This document shows positions 13,796 through 24,605 of a DNA stretch of 64,000 nucleotides, piece after piece. The translations under genes and the position numbers were made by a program. This DNA is from Balanoglossus misakiensis (Eukaryota; Animalia; Hemichordata), in assembly GCA_040954595.2 (NCBI GenBank), contig CM082577.2:14391903-14455902 (forward strand). Reading direction: 5' to 3'. The notes beneath the pieces were generated by a model that was given only the letters and a program-made list of their open reading frames with translations, ran no database searches and had not been told where the DNA came from. Position 1 is the first letter of the stretch. Each line of letters opens with the position of its first letter.

Positions 13796-15245
13796 GGGAG
13801 CATTCGTTTTTTATAGGCAGGGGGGGGGGCGGTGGAAATCAGGGGGGGGGGGGTTACTTTTACAAAGCAGTTTTTAGGGGGGGGACAAATTTTATGATCA
13901 ATGGTTTGGGGGGGGGACAATGTTTACAACAGACAAACTGAAAATAGTTGAAGCGCACATTGGCCGGAAACTGTGTCAAACAACTCTGGAAAGTCTCAGA
14001 GTAAACCATGAGAGGGACAAAGAGGAGGATGAGCAGGAGGATGAAGAGGATGACTTGGACGAGGACAGTGAACCAGAAGATGAACATGTAATGATAGGTG
14101 AACTAGGTGATTCAGAGGAAAGTGACTCAGAAAGTTATAGTGGCGACATTGAAAATGAACTCTTTCACGTAACAAGATCAGGCAGACAATGCACTACTTG
14201 GAAATCAAGAAACTATGTAGACTAGGTTTCATGGTTGATTATGTGGTATGTCGAACATACACCAATATCTGACAAAGTTTGATAAGGCTGCATTCACAAA
14301 CACCTCCGGAGGGGGCGGGAGAATTGAGGGGGGGGTGAAAAAAATGAGGGTATGTAAGGGGGGGGATTTGAAATAATTTAGGGACTGAAAGGGGGGGACT
14401 TGAAAACTTTGACGACTAAATATTTATTTTGAGTCCACAAAATGCAGTTTCGCGCCCTTTATTTTACAAAATTTTCTAATGTGGGAGGGGGACACCTCCT
14501 CCCACACCCACCCCCTCCATCCATCAACACCTTTCAAACATTGACTGCTTTATCTAGTGTCCCAGGGCAGGGGACTTGCCCCCACCCCATGATAACTTTG
14601 AGCGGCGATGGTTAAATTTGTCCTCCCCAACATACCGGTAGTTGAGTTAATTTGCTTTTGCCGGGTTCATTAAAATGCAGCTTTGAGCTCTGTATTTTAT
14701 AAAATTGTCGTGGGAGGGGGACACCCCTTCCCAAACCCACCCCCTTCAATTCTCGGTTTACAATGTCTCCCATCACAGAATACAAACACTTAAAAAATAA
14801 AAACAATGTTCAGTTTTAATACCCACTGATGAGGGGAAACATCAGTTTCAAATTCTTTTCATGGGAGCGCTGTTTTTCTTTTTTACAAGATAGATAGGTG
14901 ATGTGTTTAGCTCTGTGAAAGAAAATGGGGGGGGGATTTCAAAATTTTGGCAGTTCGGAAGGGGGATTTGAAATATTTCGGGTTGTGTACGGGGGGCATG
15001 TGAAAATTAGCGGTAAAACAATTGAATTCTCCCCCCCCCCTCCAGAGGTGTTTGTGAATGCAGCCTAAGTTTAATCCGGTGGATGAACTTTTTTTTGGGG
15101 GGGGGTCACATTTTACAATTGAAGAATTTAAGGGGGGGGGACACATTTTAGAAAAGTAATTTCGAGGGGGGGTGCCTTTTACATTTAGTCGGCGACTCAA
15201 ATTCCACCGCCCCCCCCCCCCTCCCTGTAAAAAACGAATGCTCCC
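13796..15245. mobile_element. Harbinger-type MITE (family A, copy 2)
   Basis: Same TIR as 4308-5227; TTA duplication at 13793-13795 and 15246-15248. Confidence 0.9.
14286..15065. mobile_element. Harbinger-type MITE (family B) nested in family A copy 2
   Basis: TIR GGCTGCATTCACAAACACCTC with TAA duplication. The empty site GATAAGTTTAATCC is seen in copy 1 near 5048-5061. Confidence 0.88.
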
Positions 15246-18200
15246 TTAGGTAGTGATAGTTTTACCAAGCGAAAGCTTGTATTTATTCTCAATCAATAAA
15301 CCAATTCACATGGATTGTACCGCTACTGATTTGTGTAAAACGGTTTAAAAATGGTATGCACTTCCGGAATCATGTCCTTGTATACGCACTGGGACGTTCT
15401 TGCTGACGGCCGCTGTCTCTGATCAAGCCAAAGGTCATTGACGGCGCCGTTTTGAGAGGCAAGCTTATCATTCGACGAATACAAAAGCGCCATGCGCAAG
15501 CATTCACAAAACGCTTTGTGCGTCGAACGCACCCCTGGATATTTCATCGAAACAAAAGACGATCTCCAAATTTACTTTATTTATATTTTTTGCAATTTAC
15601 ATCAGTAGCTAACCCATTGCGCTTATTGAGTGGATCAGTAGACAGTCTCGGACTATATGTTTTTGCTTTAAGTTAGTGTTCGGCGTTGCATGTTGTAGAC
15701 AGACGCAAGGACGATTGGAATTTATTTCCTATCTATAGTCAAGACTGACAATTCCATAACCTCCCAAAGAAAGTGCTATTTCATCACAGCCGCTACAATA
15801 CAAATGTACATGCAACAGTTGCCGCGTTCATGACGTTGCATTTTATCATCTGTTGCTCTTGAACTATACAAAATGGCGATTGAGCGCAACACAGAGACTT
15901 ACCAAGATTTACCGTGTGGTCACACTTACTCCGGAAGCCGACGTTCACAAACTGGGGTCTCTTAATTTTGCACATTTCCCCGCCAAGGTTAATGTACTTG
16001 AAAAATAGTCAAACTGCTCGCCCTCAAAGTTGGCTTGGAAGTCGCTGTTTAGCCGGGTAAGCACGTTCCGGTTGAAGTCGGCCCACGTTTCGTGAAAGAA
16101 AGCTTTCTTGACTGCCTCCCCGTCTCGGGTGATGTCCACGCCCAAAACATATATGTCGTCTGGCCCTACCAAGGTAGATATGAACGATTCTGTGATTACA
16201 ATCATAGGCCCTGGAGAGAAAGGGACAAACGACTGCGGCTGTTCGTTTGAAGCAGCGTCTGTCAACCCCTAAGTATCGCCAGAGAGGCTACCTACAATCG
16301 TTTATCGTAGTTTCACGCGGTTTGTGAGATGTGACTAAGCAAAATCACGATATGTGACTTTGTGAGACTGTTCACATGAGCCAATAAGTTACTAGTATTT
16401 TACCCACGCGAGTTTGTTTATCGTCAAACAGTCGATTGTATGGACATACTGCGTGAAAACAAAGGGATTATTAAGCAGAAACACAGTATTGAGTGTAATT
16501 CATGCCAAAATTAGCACCCAGCTTTTCGATGAGTGTACCCAGCTTTTCGATGAGAGCACCCCTCTGGGAGTAAAAACTCGCCCAAAATGAATAAACGGTA
16601 AAGACCAAATATTCATTTTGGCAAGTTGTTTTCACTCTCATGTCTACAAGCGGGATAGAAGTTGTGTGTGGTCAAACGTTGATTCACTATATATTCACAT
16701 GTACATTAACATAAACGGTATCTTGTATCAAATATAATTAAATGGAAAAGGGGCAGGGAGACAGAGTCTTTGTCCCTTTAACTATTAAGGAAGCGATTAT
16801 CCAACAGCACAATGGTACCGAGACATTTATTAAATTTGCTCTGTTGTTTAAATCTGTAGTCCTTTTCTGGCCCAAGAAAAGGACGTCGATCTACCAGTCA
16901 TGCTGCAGAGTATCCCTAACTGTTTGCAGAAATGCATATCCTGCATTGCTATCGTACTAAAGGTGCTTCCCAAATGCGTTATCAGCTTCGTTCCCAGAAT
17001 ATCCTGAATGTATTTCAGACCATACTTAAAATCACCGGCCACGGGGTGCACGCTCAGTCAGCAGCGTTCGTTCATCAACCGCTCAGCACTTTTTTCCAAG
17101 ACTTCTGTACATTATATGAAGAAAAAGGCGCAAATAATAATGTAATATGAGACAGACAGACATGAAACAACTATCATGAATTGGTTCATTCGATCATACT
17201 CTCAGGAACTACTAGTAAGTTTATCCAACCGGACTTGTATCTATGATTACTACCAGACTAAGGCTTGTATTTATGGTTACCTTTCGTAGTGTCTACTGGG
17301 TAAAATCGACATGTCCCGTTTTTCCCCAGAAATTCTTCTATCAGAATCTTGGTCTTACTGCAGTCACCTGCACCCAGGTCCGATAATATGGTATCCTTGC
17401 CGTAGAGGGAATCAATTTCACCTACAATTGATAAAAGACTTGTTGGACCAGGCATAGGTAATCTGTGACCGAGGCAGAATAGGTCATGGTAACATGTTGT
17501 CCTTTCAGTCATCAATACTTTGCCATTAAACTATTAAATTATATTTTTTTAATGTGTGGTCTACACATAAAGTGTGCATATACATTGTATGCAACTTGTA
17601 TATTGGGACGTACATGTTATTTTAATAGTTATCATTAAGTTCGTCATCGAAATATATTCATATATGCAAATTAAGTATCACATTATCGGCATACAAGTAG
17701 ATAGCGACGGCCCTTCCAGCCCAGCTTACTACGATATCTCGAAAATCAACTTACTTGAATATTTTCGCAATAATACAGCCTCTACATGGTAGATATGGTA
17801 ATGTGGATTGTTATGAGCAGATAGGTGGAAAGGTTCCTTTTCCACCTATCTGCTTTTCTTGTCATAATTATACCAATGGGGCGTGAACTTCGGTGTTCAC
17901 AACAGCCCAGGTAAAATGGCGTCGAACAAATGAGTTTTGCAGTTGTTGCCACAGCGGGCGCTGTCTGTGAGCAGACATCACGTAAATAAAGTTTATTGTG
18001 ACTAAAAAAATTGCACATTTCATTATTTTCCGTAAATACATGTGTAATTAGATACAGAGCATGAACAAATGTTTACCGGGTCTCTTGGATTCTAGAGCGA
18101 ATAAACAATTGTGAAACTTCAAGAGGTTCACTATATTAAAATATACAAGGTTACCTATGCAAATTTAACCATAGTCTGGTCCCCTGGCCCATTCCCATCG

Positions 18201-18384
18201 CTTGCTTTGCTACGCTAAGGGAAAGTGTCAAGCTTGGGCGTTTGTACACATGGTTCTCATTGGCGTACGGACATAGGAGGCATCCATCTTTCTTATGATC
18301 ACGTGATCTTTGTTTTATTATATTGTGCGGGCCAGGTTTTTGACCGTAGGATAGTAAACCTAGATTGGGTCGGTGTATTTGACA

Positions 18385-20304
18385 TCATTGTTGTGGATAC
18401 CTGGTCTGCTCCTCCTCTGTGAGGGACGAAGCCGTACTGCTGGAAGTTGCTCCTCTGTATTCCTTGGGGATGGTTGACATTTCTTTTTTGCCACAGTTAT
18501 AGGGTTTATCATCTCTGGTTGTTGTACCTGCAGGTCTGACCCGAATGTCATTTCTGTGCAAAAGTCTATTGTGAGTGTCTCTGCAACCATTTATTCCACA
18601 TATTCTAGTTCGAGGACACATTTTACCTTGGTGATCGTCCCCCAAACAACGATAACACAGTCGTGTTCTCTTGGCAAAGTCCCACCTTTTGACAGCATCC
18701 ATCTTCTTGAATGCATCGCATTTCCACACACCATGAAGATCACTGCAAAACTTGCATCGTCTACGTCCATCTCTAGGCTTGTTATTAGCATACGATTCTT
18801 CAGTGTGTGCAAAGAATGTTCTGGCAGAGTTTACTTTCTTGTACACACCGACACCAGCTTTGTCTCTAACGCCTTCGACAGTTTCATAGGCAATAGTCTG
18901 AAATTCTGCCTCTTGGTTTATCCATTCCCTCAGGACTTCAACAGATTCGTCCTTTCTTCTCTCATACAACCAACGGTGATACTGTGCCAACATTGTCCTT
19001 GTCATTTTCTTCTGCAATTTGACATACAATGATCCGTGACCTAGTTCATCATGTCGACCAGCTTCTTTTAAATTGATGACGGCAATGTCTAACAGATAAG
19101 CAAACTTTTCAACATCTCTTGGGTAACCCGAACGAATTGGCCTAAAGTTCTCAAGTTCTTCCATGTGAAGTGCAATATGGCGACGCTTACCTCCGGACTT
19201 CCGATTCAATCTGTCCTTGGCAGCTTCGTACGCTGTGGCAGAGTGTCCGAGGCTTTCTATCGCTTTAAGGGCTTCACCGGACAAGCATTGGCGCAACTGT
19301 AACAGCTTGTACTTGGCAGTGGCGGGAGCTTGATCAATACAAGCAGTAAAGGCAGCCTTCCAATTTTCGTATGTCCGTTTATCGCCAGTAAACACAGGAA
19401 TCGACACTCGCTGCAACTGTTTCCACAGATCATGTCCGATTGCTTGTGAAGATGACTGCTTGTGTAAATTTTCAACAGGGTTTGTAGTTACGGCACAAAA
19501 GGCAGGTGGCGGATTTGCAGACATAGTATTGCCAACAGCTGTGACACATTGTACCAACCTTTGCCGTTGCGGTGGCTGTAGACCCAGTTCAACGTCTATC
19601 TCGTCTTCAAGGACTTGATGTTTTTTCTGTACGTTTTGTTCTGCAGCGCTTACACGCTCAAGGTCTCTTTGCAACTCTTCATCAAATTCTCTTTGACGAC
19701 GTGCATATTCATCTTGAAGCTGTCTTCTGTGATACGCAATTTCTTCTTCCCTTTTCTGTACCTCTTCTCTTACACGCTGGACATACTGTCGAGCTTGCAT
19801 TTCTTCTAAATGACATCTGGTAATCTTCTCGGATAAATTAGAGTCCACGTCTTCTTTTTCTGTGTTTTTCTTACTTTTTCTGGATACGCCAGTCCCTATA
19901 GTCGAAGGATCATCTTTTCTGGCATTAAGATAGTCCTGCGTTATTTCCTGAACATTTGCGTATTGTTCCTCAAGTATGTCCATTTCTTGTCCAACTTTTT
20001 GGCCATTCTTGAAGTTCTTTCTATCAAAGTACGTATTTGACAGTATTGTCATAACCTCCATGGCCTTCTGCTGTGCCAAGTTGAGATTTTCACGGAATTC
20101 TCTCACCTGGTGACGACTCGGCAATTCTTCTTCGAGTAACTGCAGCAGCTGGTGCCTACTTCTTGTTAAAGCCGCTTTCGCCTTGGCTTTGCCCTGCTTC
20201 AGCTTCTCCAACCGTTCTGCTTCCTCTTCTGCTGGCTTGTCCACTTCTTGTACTTCGCTCTGAAGCTGTTCTTCTTCTGCTGCTGCTGAACCACCTGTTG
20301 CCAT
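18385..20304 (-). mobile_element. BEL/Pao LTR retrotransposon gag relic (pol missing)
   Basis: Coiled-coil N-terminus, DUF1759-like region (IPVFTGDKRTYENWKAAF..KLLQLRQCLSGEALKAI) and triple Cys/His knuckles (CKFCSDLHGVWKC, CYRCLGDDHQGKMC, CGINGCRDTH). Probable ATG at 20304. Confidence 0.9.
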
Positions 20305-20335
20305 CTTCGTCTCTTCGTAGCTTCGTTTCTTCTGG

Positions 20336-23300
20336 AAGTGGAGCGGCCAAACCCCAATTTTCATAGCGAGTGTGCATTTTGTGATAAAAGCCCCAAACTT
20401 GGCTCAGATGTGTGTTACTGTGTACTAAGCAAATTCAGATAGCGAGCCACTTAATATCTGTTAACGGGTAGCCATGGCAACTATTTTTCAAAATGGTCGC
20501 CACTACATTAATCTTTCCCACAAAATAACGACTAAAGAACACCAAGGTAATTTCAGTTTATGGTATTTAAAACCAGAAACTATAGAAAGGGTGATTTGCA
20601 AAGTATTTGTGGTCACCGAAATAGTTATAAATACAGAATAACGGATAAAACACAGTTTAATATCTACAGTGGAGCGGCATTACAGATCGATTGTGCATTT
20701 TGTGATAAAAGCACCAAACTTGGCTCAGATGTGCGTTAATGTGTACTATACAAATTCAGATAGCGAGCCACAATATCTGTTGATGAGTTTCCATGGCAAC
20801 CATTTTTTCATTTTTTCAAAATGGCCGCCAATACAGATAATCTCACCCACAAAATATCAATTATAAAACTCCAAAATAAATTCATATTACAATATTTGAA
20901 ACAAGATAACTGCTCAAAGATTAATTTTCAAAATATTTATCATCACTAAACTAGTTATAGGGGTAAATACAGGATCAAGATTCAATCGCTAGAAAAATTC
21001 AAGTTTGGTAATAACCCCGATTACAACAAATAGTGCAGGAGCTAAACACCAAATGTTGGCATAATTGTGCACTTTGGGTTAAAAGCATGAAACTTGGTAC
21101 ACTTATGCATTGACCCATGGCAGCCATTTTCTGATATGGATCCAAAATGACAGCGTCCTCTAGTGGCCAGAAACAAATATTCATACTTTCAAATTGTGCA
21201 CTTCCGGTTGAAAGCATGAAATTTGGTACAATTATTTATTGACCCATGGCGGACATTTTCAAATATGGATCCAAAGAGAAAGTACCCTCTGGTGGCCAGA
21301 AACTGACATTTACACCCCCCCCCCTATTAATGGCACTTTTTGGTCAAGTTTAACACTCAGACACAGGAATGTGGGTTGTAAAACATGCTTGCTGCCATAC
21401 ATTCCTTTGAATATTATCCTAATCCTGATGTACATGTGTCAGATCAATCTTGTATGTTACTTATTGAACAATTTGTTTGTCGGTATAACAGAACCAGTTG
21501 AATACACAAAGTCATGCAAAGGGGTAAGACAACATCTCTTCTCCAAAAAGTCAAGGGTTCTCGAGAATATTCCTTCTACACAGGCAGCTCTTAAAGAACA
21601 TGTGCTATGAGAAACCTAGCAAAGCTATATCAAACCAACAGAATCCCAGTGGAAATCAAAGTGGACAACTCTTAGTCAAACCCAAGAAAATGGTCAACCT
21701 CAGGAAATTAGTCATGCACATGTTTCTGTAGGAGTTTAGGTCTAGTCTGACAGCAGTGCTCTTTGTTACTGTGAAGGAAGATGTCATCAAGATTGATCTG
21801 ATACATGTACATCAGAATTAGGATAATATACAGAGGAATGTATGGTAGCAAGCATGTTTTACAACCAACATTCCTGTGTCTGAGTTTTAAACTTCACCAA
21901 AAAGTGCCATTAATGGGGAAAAAGTGTGAATGTTTCTGGCCGCTAGGGGGCGCTGTATTTGGGATCCATATTGGAAAATGTCCGCCATGGGTCAATGAAT
22001 AATTGTACCAAATTTCATGCTTGCACGATTTTAAAGTATGAATGTCTGTTTCTGGCCACTAGAGGGCGCTGTCATTTTGGATCCATATCACAAAATGGCC
22101 GCCATGGGTCAATGCATAAGTGTACCAAGATTCATGCTTTTAACCCAAAGTGCACGATTTTTTGGTTAACTGCCCCACTAAAACTTAGTTAAAACACTGT
22201 ATAACCATATATATATTATAATAGTTGCCTGGCATAAACAAAATTTTGTGATAAAAGTTTAACAAGTAAAGCTCACTTGATTCGTTATTTTCCCCATGAA
22301 AATATATTTGATGAACACAATTCCAAATTTAGTCAACCCAGGAAAAAACGGCATCTCGTTTCTCAACCTTATAAATTGATCTGACCAGTTTGAATCAGTG
22401 CAGAATCTAGCTTTTTATCTTCATCAAATGATTCATGCAAATAAAGAATCACTTCCCCATAAAATGGTGGCAGAAAGCCAGTATCATGACAGTCGATTGG
22501 TTTGTTAAAGTTACAATAGAAACTAACTATGTTTAGGTTGCATGTACATAGATAGATGTTAGGAATCAAAATCAAAATCTGTTTCAAACTTTTCATCCAA
22601 TACTTGTCCTTCGGAAAGCGTTTTGATGAAGTAACTCGAAGTGCTTTGTATTGCTCATGTTATCGATAATTTTAATCGCACCTTGATCATGATAGTCAGC
22701 AGTTCTATTTTGACATGTTATTTTGTGTATTTTTGAACCCCCAAAATCAAAGAATAAAATGATAAAGTGAAAATAAGCTTCAACACACCAAAAGTCTTCA
22801 GGATCACAGCTTTTCTGTAAAGAGTAAGATTTCGCTTACTTCATGCTATTAAATGAAATGAAGCTTTCCGTAATATCTCTTGCAAAGTCAGATCTTTACA
22901 CATTGAGATATTAGAATGGAAGTACATTCCAAGTGACTTGTTGGGAGCCTTGGGCCACCTAATCACAGAAAATTGCAATAAGACCTGCTTTTCCATTTAC
23001 CAATCTAAAGGCCAACTACCTGTATATTTAGTTGGGTTTCTATAATTAACACACATTTTGACAATATTTATGGAATGATGAACACTATTCTCGACAAATA
23101 AAATAATATTGTGTCCTCCGGTGTAATTTTTATGAGTTTGGAATCATAGACACCATTTATCTTTTGGTCAACTCTGTTAACAGTCGCCAAAATTGCTGGA
23201 GTCGAACTGATACATGATCTAAAGTATCAAAACATATGGTCGATTATTAACGTTTCAGCAATTCGACTTAAGTTTCTTTAATATCCTATGGGATTTTGAC

Positions 23301-24062
23301 AAACATCAACGCCCCGAAAAAACGTTGTCAACGCTGCGGTCGCGATTGTGGTCGAAACAAAGCCGACATTTTCGCATGGTTCGTCCATTTAGATTGCATT
23401 GCGTTTGAGGCCCTATGTGTATGTCTGTCGACCAATAAACGCGACGACCGCGGACTCAGTTTGGATCAACGTCTATTTCGGGCAGTGGACTCTCCTATCA
23501 TGTTGATAAGGAAATGTTACCAGTCACGAGTAAGCCAAGCCCACATCCGCGTGCAATTCGAATATATCGGTGATCTGTTTATATGATTATCATTAGCTAA
23601 GGTGGTAAACTGTTGTGATTCATATGTGTAATTTACGTACTGCAAGTTAAATATCGCAATTAGCCTAATGTTTGACCATAGACAGTATGGTTTGACATAT
23701 ATTAATCCGAGAACAAAGGGATTAAAAGTTGCGCCTTTAAATTGTGTTTTGATAACTTACCTACCCCTATAAGTAGTTTAGTAACCATAATATCTTTGCA
23801 AATCATTCTTTCCACAGTTCCTTGTATCAAATATAGTAATCTAAATTTATTTTGGTGTTTACACTTGTTATTCTGTGGGTGATATTATCTGTATTGGTGG
23901 CCATTTTGAAAAATTAGTTGTCATGGAAACTCATCAACAGATTTTAAGTGGCTCGCTATCTGAATTTGTTTAGTACACATTAACACACATCTGAGCCAAG
24001 TTTGGTGCTTTTATAACAGAATGCACAATCGCAATGAAAATTAGGGTTTGGCCGCTCCACTA
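20336..24062. mobile_element. Academ-like DNA transposon relic inserted in the BEL 5' leader
   Basis: TIR (T/A)AGTGGAGCGGCCAAACCC / GGGTTTGGCCGCTCCACTA with extended subterminal similarity; 3-bp TGG duplication (20333-20335, 24063-24065). Confidence 0.7.
21031..22180. mobile_element. Academ-like non-autonomous element with long TIRs, nested in the previous element
   Basis: TAGTG...CACTA ends, AAA duplication and about 400-bp imperfect inverted arms. The central remnant reads RQHLFSKKSRVLENIPSTQAALKEHV and SALCYCEGRC, resembling the Academ transposase C-terminus. Confidence 0.7.
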
Positions 24063-24108
24063 TGGTGACTTCTTCCAAACTACTGTTGTCCAAATCTGCA
24101 GTCTTCAA

Positions 24109-24124
24109 CCATGCTCTGGTACCA
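24109..24124 (-). promoter_or_regulatory. Primer-binding site (tRNA-iMet-like) of the BEL element
   Basis: The minus strand reads TGGTACCAGAGCATGG, close to the complement of the initiator tRNA-Met 3' end (TGGTAGCAGAGGATGG). It sits just upstream of gag once the Academ insert is removed. Confidence 0.6.
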
Positions 24125-24605
24125 AAAATGGAGTGAAGGAGATCTCGTACGACGAAAAGTACTTTAATACACTCGAAATGCACTCAAATTACAATCGAAA
24201 TATATTGCTTTTATATATGCTTCAAAAAGTAAATTAATGGATGGTGCCAACAAAATAAACGTTCATGACACGTTTAGATAATTTCTCGTCTAGCTTGGGG
24301 GTTCAACGTCAAAAGGAAAGTTCACTATTCAAATGCAAATAAAGTCATTAAAGAGTCCTCATCTCTTCTCTCCAGAGCACAATACTAGATATTTTAAAAT
24401 TTAAAATGGCCACCAATCTATAAGTTAACTCTATGTAGCCAATTTCAAATAGTGATTTTCATGAAAATAAGACGATGAATACCATGTTTTCTTCATCGCT
24501 TTCAAATAAACTTCTCGCACACTTTAATACGGTAAAGAATTGAAAGGTTTAGAGTATTAGCATTGCCACGAGGATAGAGCAGGAATACAAGAGGACAAAA
24601 ATTAA

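Larger units (their letters stand above)
13574..15534. mobile_element. Harbinger-like non-autonomous element (family C), outermost of a nest
   Basis: TIR GGGTG(A/C)GTTCGACGCACAAAGCGTT at both ends, flanked by a CTG duplication (13571-13573, 15535-15537). Confidence 0.7.
12705..17815 (-). pseudogene. EgtD-like SAM-dependent histidine methyltransferase (Methyltransf_33-like) pseudogene. Recognisable exons: ~17815-17755, 17421-17281, 17104-16895, ~16165-15903, 12844-12705
   Basis: Spliced peptides in EgtD order: NPHYHIYHVEAVLLRKYS, DLGAGDCSKTKILI..FYPVD, VHPVAGDF..HLGST, GPDDIYVLGVDI..FNRNVLTRLN, and KWSWQQFEDFVENTGL..WVD. There is an in-frame TGA at 17060-17058, a frameshift near 16000, and no identifiable 5' end. 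Confidence 0.8.

Noticed and set aside
13920-14225. Acidic 101-aa ORF as a standalone gene
   Set aside because: It lies inside a MITE and is probably a captured or transposon-derived fragment
17058-17060. In-frame TGA next to Cys as possible selenocysteine in the EgtD-like gene
   Set aside because: The same gene has a frameshift and a lost 5' end, the position is not a known catalytic Cys, and no SECIS was recognised
20305-20364. N-terminal extension of the 659-aa gag ORF (MKIGVWPLH...)
   Set aside because: The start lies inside the Academ-like TIR; the real start is probably 20304
24129-24300. 5' LTR of the BEL element
   Set aside because: Position next to the PBS is plausible, but there is no second LTR in the window to define its limits
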